Origin: Eledone cirrhosa | Lineage: Eukaryota | Direction: 5' to 3' | DNA length: 64,000 nucleotides | Assembly: GCA_964016885.1 (NCBI GenBank) | Contig: OZ024742.1 | Coordinates: 13,392,001 to 13,456,000, forward strand | Part shown: piece after piece, positions 54,001-64,000 of the stretch | How positions within the stretch are numbered: position 1 is the first letter of the stretch | Layout: each line of letters starts with the position of its first letter | The notes under the pieces: model-generated | The model's database searches: none | What the model was told of the DNA's origin: nothing | Seen by the model: the letters and a program-made list of their open reading frames with translations, nothing else | Translations under genes and position numbers: made by a program

Positions 54001-57000
54001 TGTATTGTGGTTGTGTTGCTTTTATTTTTGTTGTTGTATTGTAGTCGAGTTGGTGTTATTGTTGTTGTTAGTATTGTTGTTCTACTGTGGTTGAGTTGGT
54101 GTTATTGTTGTTGTTGTAATGTGGTGGAGTTGGTGTTATTGTTGTTGTTACTGTTGTTGTTGTATTGCGGTGGAGCCGATGTTAATTTTGTTGTTATTGT
54201 TGTTGTTGTATTGTATTGTGGTTGTTGTTGTATTGTGGTGGAGTCGATGTTAATTTTGTTGTTATTGTTGTTGTTGTATCGTATTGTGGTTGTATTGTTG
54301 TTGTTATTGTTGTTGTTGTATTGTGGTGGATTTTGTGTTATTGTTGTTGTTATTACTGCTGTTGTATTGTGGTGAAGTTGGTCTTACTGTAGTTGTTACT
54401 GTTGTTGTTGTATTGTGGTCAAGTTGCTGTAATTGTTGTTGTTATTGTTGTTGTTGTATTGTGGTGGAGATAGTGTTATTGTTGTTGTTATTGTTGTTGT
54501 TGTATTGTGGTTGAATTTGTGTTATTGTTGTTGCTATTGTTGTTGTTGTATTGCGCTGGAGTTGGTGTTATTGTTGTTGTTACTAGTGTTGTTGTATTGT
54601 GGCGGAGTTGGTGTTAATTTTTGTTATTGTTGTTGTTGTATTGTGCACAAGTTGGTGTTATTGTTGTTGTTACTGTTGTTGTTCTATTGTGGTGAAGTTG
54701 GTGTTACTGTTGTTGTTATTGTTGTTGTATTCTGTTTTTGTAGTGTGGTGGAGTTGTTGTTATTGTTGTTGTTATTGTTGTTGATGTATTGTGGTGGAGA
54801 TGGTGTTATTGTTGATGTTACTGTTGTGGTTGTTTTGTGGTGAAGTTGGTGTTATTATTGTTGTCGCTGTTGTCGTATTGTGGTGGAGTTGTTATTGATG
54901 TTGTTACTGTTGTTGTTGTTGTATTGTGGTGGAGTTGATGTTTTTGTTTTTGTATTGTGGTGGCGTTGGTGTTATTGTTGTCGTTGTATTGTGGTAATAT
55001 TAGTGTTACTGTTGTTGTTACTGAATGTTGTTGTATTGTGGTGAAGTCGGCGTTATTGTTGTTGATACTGTTGTTGTTGTATTGTGGTGAAGTTGGTGAT
55101 ATTATCGTTGTTACTATTGTTGTTGTTACTGTGGTAGAGTTGGTGTTAATTTTGTTGTTGTATTGTGGTTGCATTTGTGGTATTGTTGTTGTTACTATTG
55201 TTGTTGTATTGTGGTGAAGTTGGATTTATTGTTGTTGTTACGATTGTTGTTGTACTGTGGTGGAGTTGGTGTTATAGTTGTTGTTATTGCTGTTGTATTG
55301 TGGTGCAGTTGGTGTTATTGTAGTTATTACTGTTGTTGTTGTATTGTGGTGAAGTTGGTGTTATTGTTGTTGTTACTGTTGTTGTATTGTGGTTGAGTTC
55401 GTGTTATTGTTGTTGTATTGTGGTGGCGTTGGTGTTATTGTTGTTTTTACTGTTGTTGTTGCATTGTGGTGGAGTTGGTGTTATTCTTGTTGTTATTGTC
55501 GTTGTTGTTGTATTGTGGTGGAGTTGGTGTTATTGTTGTTGTTACTATTGTTGTTGTATTGTGGTGAAGTTAGTGTTATTGTTGTTGTTTTATTGTGGTG
55601 GAGTTGGTGTTGTTACTGTTGTTGTTGTATTGTGGTGGAGTTGGTGTTATTGTTGTTGTTGTATTGTGGTGGATTTGGTGTCATTGATGTTGTTACTATT
55701 GTTGTTGTATTGTAGTTTAGTTGGTGTTATTGTTGTTGTTGTATTGTGGTGAAGTTGGTGTTATTGTTGTTGTTACCGTTGTTGTGGAGTTGGTGTTGTT
55801 GTTGTTACTGTTGTTGTTGAATTGTGGTGGAGTTGTTGTTATTGTTGTTACTGTTGTTGTATTGTGGTTGAGTTCGTGTTATTGTTGTTGTATTGTGGTG
55901 GCGTTGGTGTTATTGTTGTTTTTACTGTTGTTGTTGCATTGTGGTGGAGTTGGTGTTATTCTTGTTGTTATTGTCGTTGTTGTTGTATTGTGGTGGAGTT
56001 GGTGTTATTGTTGTTGTTACTATTGTTGTTGTATTGTGGTGAAGTTAGTGTTATTGTTGTTGTTTTATTGTGGTGGAGTTGGTGTTGTTACTGTTGTTGT
56101 TGTATTGTGGTGGAGTTGGTGTTATTGTTGTTGTTGTATTGTGGTGGATTTGGTGTCATTGATGTTGTTACTATTGTTGTTGTATTGTAGTTTAGTTGGT
56201 GTTATTGTTGTTGTTGTATTGTGGTGAAGTTGGTGTTATTGTTGTTGTTACCGTTGTTGTGGAGTTGGTGTTGTTGTTGTTACTGTTGTTGTTGAATTGT
56301 GGTGGAGTTGTTGTTATTGTTGTTACTGTTGTTGTATTGTGGAGGAATTGTTGTTATTATGTTTGTTACTGCTGTTGTATTGTGGTGAAGTTGGTGTTTT
56401 TGTTGTTGTTGTTCTGTGGTGGAGTTGGTGTTGTTGTTGTTGTTGTTACTGTTGTTGTTACTGTTGTTGTTGTATTGTGGTGGAGTTGGTGTTATTGTTG
56501 GTGTTACTGTTGTTGTATTGTGTTGGAAGTTGTGTTATTGTTGTTGTTACTGTTGTTGTTGTATTGTGGAGTTGGTGTTATTGTTATTGTTACTGTTGTT
56601 GTTGTATTGTAGTGGAGTTGGTGTTATTGCTGTTGTTACTGTTGTTATTGTATTGTGGTGGATTTGGTGTTATTGTGTTGTTGTATTGTGGTGGAGTTGG
56701 TGTTAGTGTTTTTATTGAATTGTGGTGGAGTTGGTGTTATTGTTGTTGTTATTCTTGTTGTTGTAACGTGGTGAAGTTGGTATTACTATTGTTGTTGTAT
56801 TGTGGTGGAGTTGGTGTTATTGTTGTTGTTGTATTGTGGTGGAGTTGGTGTTATTTTTTTGTTATTGTTGTTGTTGTATTGTGGCGAAGTTGGTGTTATT
56901 GTTGTTGTTACTGCTATTGTTGTATTGTGGTGGATTTGGGGGTTATTGTTGTTGTAGTATTGTGGTTGAGTTTGTGTTTTTTTTGTGTTGTTGTTGTATT

Positions 57001-60000
57001 GCGGTTGAGTTGGTGTTATAGTTGTTGTTGCTCTTGTTGTTGTATTGTGGTGAAGTTGTTGTTATTGTTGTTGTTACTTTTGTTGTTGTTGTATTGTGGT
57101 TGTGTTGCTTTTATTGTTGTTGTATTGTAGTGGAGATGGTGTTATTGTTTTTGTTACTATTGTTGTTGTATTGTGGTTGAGTTGGTGTTATAGTTGTTGT
57201 TGTATTGTGGTGGAGTTGGTGTTATTGTTGTCGTTACCGTTGTTGTTGTATTGTGGTGAAGTTGGTGTTATTGTTGATGTTACTCTTGTTGTTGCATTAT
57301 GGTGGAGTTGGTGTTATTGTTGTTGTTACTATTGTCGTTGTATTGTGGCGGAGGTGGTTGTATTGTTTATGTTACTGTTGTTGTTGTATTGTGGTGAAGT
57401 TTGTGTTATTGTTGTTGTTATTGTTGTTGTTGCATTGTGGTGGAGTTGGTGTTATTGTTGGTGTTATTGTTGTTGTTGTATTGTGGTGGAATGTGTGTTA
57501 TTGTTGTTGTATTAGGGTGAAGTTAGTCTTATTGTTGTTGTTACTGTTGTTGTTGCATTGTGGTGGAGTTGTTGTTGTTGTTGTTGTATTGTGGTGGAGT
57601 TGGTGTTATTGTTGTTGTTATTTTTGTTGTTGTATTGTGGTGAAGTTGGTGTTATTGTTGTTGTTAGTGTTGTTGTAATGTGGTGGAGTTGGTGTTATTG
57701 TTGTTGTTGTATTGTGTTGGATTTGGTGTTAATGTTGTTGTTGTAGTGCGGTGGAGACAGTGTTATTGTTGTTGTTATTGTTGTTGTTGTATTGTGGTGG
57801 AGTTAGTGTTATTGTTGTTGTTACTGTTGCTGTTGTATTGTGGTGGAGTTGGTGTTATTGTTGTTGTTACTATTGTTGTTCTATTGTGGGTGGAGTTGGT
57901 GTTATTTTTGTTGTTGTATTGTGGTTGAGTTTTTTTTTTTGTGTTGTTGTTGTATTGCGGTCGGGTTGGTGTTATAGTTGTTGTTGCTCTTGTTGTTGTA
58001 TTGTGGTGAAGTTGTTGTTATTGTTGTTGTTACTTTTGTTGTTGTTGTATTGTGGTTGTGTTGCTTTTATTGTTGTTGTCGTATTGTAGTGGAGGTGGTG
58101 TTATTGTTTTTGTTACTATTGTTGTTGTATTGTGGTTGAGTTGGTGTTATTGTTGTTGTTGTATTGTGGTGGAGTTGGTGTTATTGTTGTTGTTACTATT
58201 GTCGTTGTATTGTGCTGAAGATTGTGTTATTGTTGTTGTTGTATTGTGGTTGAGTTGGTGTTATTGTTAATGTTACTATTGTTGTTGTATTGTGGCGGAG
58301 GTGGTTGTATTGTTGATGTTACTGTTGTTGTTGTATTGTGGTGAAGTTTGTGTTATTGTTGTTGTTATTGTTGTTGTTATTGTTGTTGTTGCATTGTGGT
58401 GGAGTTGGTGTTATAGTTGTTGTTACTGTTGTTGTATTGTGGTGGAGTTGGTGTTGTTGTTGTTACTGTTGTTGTTGTATTGTGGTGAAGTTGGTGTTAT
58501 TGTTGTTGTTGTATTGTGGGGGAGTTAGTGTTATTGTTGTTGTTGTACTGTGGTGGAATTTGTGTTATTGTTGTTGTTATTGTTATTGTTGTATTGTGGT
58601 GAAGTTGTTCTTATTGTTGTTGTTACTGTTGTTGTTGTATTGTGGTGTTATTGTTGGTGTTATTGTTTTTGTTTCTGTTGTTGTTGTATTGTGGTGAAGT
58701 TGGTTTTATTGTTGTTGTTACTGTTGTTGTTGTATTGTGGAGAAGCAGGTGTTATTGTTGGTGTTATTGTTGTTGTTGTATTGTGGTGGAGTTAGTGTTA
58801 TTGTTGTTGTTGTACTGTGATGGAGTTTTTGTTATTGTTGCTATTACTGTTGTTGTTGTATTGTGGTGGAGTTGTTGTTATTGTTGTTATTGTATTGTGG
58901 TGGAGTTGGTGTTATTGTTGTTGTTACTGTTGTTGTATTGGGGTGAAGTTGGTGTTATTGTTGTTGTTATTGTTGTTGTTGTATTGTGGTGAAGTTGGTA
59001 TTATTGTTGTTGTTACTGTTGTTGTATTGTGGTGAAGTTGGTGTTTTTGTTGTTGTTATTGTATTGTGGTGGAGTTGTTGTTATTGTTGTTGTTATTGTT
59101 GTTGTTACTGTTGTTGTTGTATTGTGGTGGAGTTGTTTTTATTGTTGTTACTATTGTTGTATTGTGGTCGAGTTGTTGTTATTGTTGTTGTTACTGCTGT
59201 TGTATTGTGGTGAAGTTGTTGTTATTGTTGTTGTTACTGTTGTCGTATTGTGGTGGAGTTGTTATTGTTGTTGTTACTGTTGTTGTTGTTGTATTGTGCT
59301 TGTGTTGATTTTATTATTGTTGTTGTATTTTGGTGGAGTCAGTGTATTGTTGTTGTTACTGTTGTTGTTGTATTGTGATGGAGTTTTTGTTATTGTTTCT
59401 ATTACTGCTGTTGTTGTATTGTGGTGGAGTTGTTGTTATTGTTGTTGTTACTGTTGTTGCTGTTGTATTGTGGTGGAGTTGTTGTTATTGTTGATGTTGT
59501 ATTGTGGTGGAGTTGGTGTTATTGTTATTGTTATTGTTGTTGTATTGTGGTGGAATTTGTGTTATAGTTGTTGTTATTTTTGTTGTTGTATTGTGGTGAA
59601 GTTGTTCTTATTGTTGTTGTTACTGTTGTTGTTGTATTGTGGTGAAGTTGGTGTTATTGTTGTTGTTATTGTTGTTGTTGTATTGTGGTGGAGTTGGTGT
59701 TATTGTTATTGTTACTGTTGTTGTATTGTGGTGTTATTGTTGGTGTTATTGTTGTTGTTACTGTTGTTGTTGCATTGTCGTGTATTGTTGTTATTGTTGT
59801 TGTTGTATTGTGGTGGCGTTGCTGTTATTGTTGTTGTTATTGTTGTTGTTTTATTGTGGTAGAAGTTGTGTTATTGTTGTTGTTATCGTTGTTGTTGTAT
59901 TGTGGTGAAGTTGGTATTATTGTTGTTGTTACTGTTGTTGTATTGTGGTGAAGTTGGTGTTATTGTTGTTGTTATTGTTGTTGTTGTATTGTGGTGGAGT

Positions 60001-60041
60001 TGTTGTTATTGTTGTTGTTATTGTTGTTGTTACTGTTGTCG
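45060..60041. repeat. ~15-kb G/T-rich compound minisatellite, basic unit 46 bp (GTATTGTGGTGGAGTTGGTGTTATTGTTGTTGTTACTGTTGTTGTT) with 31/43-bp variants
   Basis: Visible directly; unit length is 3n+1, so reading frames rotate. Confidence 0.97.
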
Positions 60042-60479
60042 TATTTCGTATCTACAATCGTATTTCCTTTCTAAAATCGTATTTCCTTGTAGATACGAAA
60101 TATTTATACATATTGTATAAAGCTATGCTTGAAGCGAAATCCTATTTCTTTTTTATTATAAGTTGAGCCAACTTATTCCGCTTCATATGCAAATGAGATT
60201 AATCACCTCATTTACACAGACAAGAAAACTATATATTCTCAGCTGTCTTCTAGTCCAGCAGTAGCAAGCGGTGGGAGGGACCGTCCTGACGAAGGCCAGT
60301 TAAGCCTGAAATGTATAGACCGTTGTCCCCCTTGCTTCTGCTGGACATCACCAGAGGGCTTTAGCCCCCCCCCCTCTCCCCGGTGTTTGCATAGCTACGG
60401 CTTCCTAAAACCGTATTTCTTTGGAGATACGAAATATTTATACATATTGTATTAAGCTATGCTTGAAGCGAAATCCTAT
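60042..60479 (+). mobile_element. Retrozyme/PLE-pLTR-like element: 334-bp unit with 75-bp terminal redundancy, central hammerhead, inverted 5' piece, ending at (TA)n
   Basis: 60071-60145 repeats at 60405-60479 (4 mismatches); 60042-60057 is the reverse complement of 60087-60102. Confidence 0.78.
60253..60346 (+). ncRNA. Type I hammerhead ribozyme with long bulged stem I
   Basis: GTC-CTGACGA(60286-60292)-AGGC cagttaa GCCT-GAAA-TGT-ATA/GAC. Stem I continues via GGGAC/GTCCC, AGCAAG/CTTGCT and GTCCAGCAG/CTGCTGGAC. Predicted cleavage after 60317. Confidence 0.85.
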
Positions 60480-60488
60480 ATATATATA

Positions 60489-60591
<103 letters not shown>

Positions 60592-60729
60592 TTATCAGCA
60601 TTCCTGTGTATGTCTCTCAATACCTTACTTATTCTGTACTTCAATACTGCCATATAGTTCAATCCTGATATATACAGTTTTGTATTTTATCTTCTGTAAG
60701 CCATGTTGTTGTTGTTGTTCATTCAGTTA

Positions 60730-61382
<653 letters not shown>

Positions 61383-61629
61383 TAACAGAGCTTGAATAAA
61401 AGCCAAACAAAACTAACCCTAAATCTCGAAACAGTTAAGAGAGCTACTAGGCAAATACAACATCCTACAAAAGAGTAGAGCGTATCTCACACAGTACACA
61501 ACCTGGCCAGCTCACACAATATATAGTTGATACAATTAACATACAATCATTTATAACCACTCACAGCAAAATATCTACTCTACATAATGGTGCCTAACTT
61601 TGACATGAGGTCAGCAATTTTAGGGGATG

Positions 61630-61970
61630 TGAAAGTCGATTATATCGACATCAATATTTCACTGATACTTTATGTTCTCGATCGCTGAAAGATGAAAGGT
61701 AAAGTTGAGGTTAATGAGGTGTTCACTCCCCACGTAAAGAGCCGGAACAAACACTGTAAGGTATTTCTCTCATGTTTTGACCTCCTATCAATTATGCCAA
61801 TCAACCGGCTAAATTCTCTACCTGTCTCTAACATTGGCTCAATGCCAGAACTTTGGCAGGAGGGAAATTTCGAATGTTTCGAACTTTGTATTTATTGATA
61901 CTTTCTTTTATTGACAGGGGAATATTGAAAGGTGAAGTTGAGCTCATCGAAATGTGAAGTCTGGAAGTAA
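61630..61970 (-). mobile_element. Two heavily diverged OK-like SINE remnants
   Basis: GATGAAAGGTAAAGTTGA (~61691) and TGAAAGGTGAAGTTGA (~61926) are reverse complements of the SINE core TCAACTTTGCCTTTCATC. Confidence 0.55.
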
Positions 61971-62589
61971 ATTCGCAGGTCACGTGTCTGTCTGCTACTG
62001 TTACCATGGAACCCAGTAGAACCTGAGAATAGTCGGTAACGAATCAGTCTCCATCACCAGACTCTGGTTTGGCGAGGAGGGAACTCGGTTCCTGGTATCC
62101 CCAGCAACACAAAAAGCAAGTGGTGTAAAAAGAGCGAATGAATTCCTCAAGATCAACGGCCATCCGCCCTACGGCGAACAACCCCACTCTTCCACCTGGC
62201 CCTAGTCTGGTGTGGAAGGTAAATGACACCCAAGCAGCACAAAAAGTAAGAACTGCTGTTATAAGTGTGGATGAATCAAAGACCATCCACCCCAACTGTC
62301 GGTTAACACACTAACCCGCAATTCTCAAGCGTGGCGTGATAAGTACAGCTTCACCCCTGAAGACAAGGCCAAAACCAAAAGTGGTAAAAGAAGTGGTTCC
62401 TCCAACTGGAATAAGAAGGCTTTGGATTAGAAGTAAAGTCCCAAGACAAATGCTGCTAAACATTTTGTCCGACAATTTAATAATCCTCAGAATAACCGAC
62501 GTTTACTAATATACCAATCAGAGCTTGGATTGAACCGTCATCGATTTCACCAACAATATTCCAATTGATCGATCAACAGAACAATTTAA

Positions 62590-62820
62590 TCATGAAATTA
62601 ACGTGTAAATGTCTGAACATTCCACAAACACGTGTACTCTTAACATAGTTCTCGGGGGGAGAGGGCTTTTAGAGTGGAACAGTGTGTCACAGACCCTTAA
62701 TATAGTAGTAGAGAGGATTTAGCGTGAAAGAATGGGTGACAAGCCTGGTCCTTTGAATTATAAGTACAGTCCATCCGACAGGCTTCCAAACACTCTCCGT
62801 CTACCAATTTCTACACAGTG
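62590..62820. mobile_element. Diverged interspersed repeat remnants (octopus SINE-like)
   Basis: CATGAAATTAACGTG...ACACGTGTACTCTTAACATAGTTCTC...GTGACAAG..GG.CCTTTGAATTA resembles an abundant octopus repeat, from memory; there is no second copy in this window. Confidence 0.4.
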
Positions 62821-62907
62821 TGGTGACACAGTCATGACACGCCAATTCCTCTCAACGAAGGGGTCAACTATTATTTTCTGTTTAATTTGAACCTCTTAAC
62901 ATTTCCT

Positions 62908-63228
62908 TGGTGGTGGTGATGATGATGATGATGATGATGATGACGAGAAGGAAGCGGAGGAGAGGATGATGAGGGGGAGGGGTGAGAAGGATGAGGATAA
63001 AGAGGAGGATGGGGTGTGTGGGGGTGGGGTGATGATGATGACGACGATGAATGCGATGATGATGATGATAATAATGATGCTGATATTATGATGATGATGA
63101 TTATGAGTATGATGATGTAATGATGATGATGATGTAATGATGATGATGATGATGATGATGAGGAGGAGGAGGAGGAGGAGGGGGAGCGGAGGAGGAGGAG
63201 GAGGATGACGACGACGACAAAAACGATG

Positions 63229-63260
<32 letters not shown>

Positions 63261-63270
63261 GATGGTGAAT
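62908..63270. repeat. (GAT)n/(GAG)n microsatellite cluster
   Basis: Visible directly. Confidence 0.93.
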
Positions 63271-63639
63271 CTCTTGAAATCTTTCACAAGGAGTAATTGA
63301 AGTAAAAAAAAAGCGATGACAACTAAAGTTGTTAAAGAATGAGGGTAGAATATATTGAGGAGGTTCTGTGAAAGAAGGCTTCAATGGTAGGACGGAACTG
63401 AAGGAGAAATAACAGATGGCAAATACCAATGTGGGAATATTTCCTGGCTTTTCTTATAAGGACGAAACAATTTCCAATTGTTGAAATGAAAAGACAGAGA
63501 AGAAAGAGGTAAAGAATACGCCATGTTGTTTTAGTTGCTTAGCCCCAAGTGAAACCTGGTCGAGGGTTTTAAGATTGAATTCATTCCAGCGTAAATAGCT
63601 CCTCATTTTTAGGAGTATTTAAGACGACATTCACTAAAG

Positions 63640-63655
63640 TCTCTCTCTCTCTTTT

Positions 63656-63730
<75 letters not shown>

Positions 63731-63945
63731 ATCGCACCCCTCCTCTCTCTTGCTCCCCTCTCTCTCTCTTCCCCCTCTCTCTCTTTTGTTAACTGCGTTG
63801 TTTTTACTGCTGTTTCTCTTGTTATGGTTGTTGTTGATGCTATTGATGTTGTTATTGATGATGAAGTTGATGACAACGACGACGATGATGATGCTGATAA
63901 TGGTGAAGATGATGGTGAAGGTGGTGCAGTTGCTACTGATGATGA
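63640..63945. repeat. (CT)n followed by degenerate (GTT)/(GAT) repeats
   Basis: Visible directly. Confidence 0.9.
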
Positions 63946-64000
63946 TTAGCATTACCCATTCTGTTTTATTTTCTTTCTTTTGTTGTTGCTGTTTTTAATA

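Noticed and set aside
45077-60166. Dozens of Val/Leu/Cys-rich ORFs, and a Thr-rich mucin-like reading on the minus strand
   Set aside because: These are translations of a 3n+1 repeat; the minus strand hits TAA about every third unit, so no sustained frame exists.
62044-62295. 83-aa minus-strand ORF in a more GC-rich patch
   Set aside because: No recognisable domain and a non-ATG start; more likely a retroelement UTR remnant, which I cannot assign.

Overview
AT-rich, repeat-saturated eukaryotic DNA with no protein-coding gene that I can support. From memory, the SINEs and microsatellite load resemble an octopod cephalopod genome; this is an inference. Layout: (1) 1-26921 is a 25-bp satellite array with kb-scale higher-order duplications. 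(2) 26.9-45 kb is a mosaic of (TA)n/(CA)n/(CT)n microsatellites, tRNA-derived SINEs, RTE-clade LINE fragments and many short fold-back elements bounded by (TA)n. (3) About 45.1-60.0 kb is a G/T-rich 46-bp-based minisatellite. (4) 60-64 kb holds microsatellites and old repeat remnants. The main signal is a set of sequence-unrelated type I hammerhead ribozyme motifs (CUGANGA-stem II-GAAA-short palindromic stem III-NUH) at about 28.5/28.7, 29.1, 35.2, 40.6, 43.4 and 60.3 kb. Four or five more elements carry only the 3' half of a hammerhead. They sit in short non-coding elements with inverted 5' arms, structured 3' tails and (TA)n borders, consistent with Penelope-like (PLE) remnants or non-autonomous retrozymes. 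One has a 334-bp terminally redundant unit. Almost all ORFs in the supplied track are translations of simple repeats.
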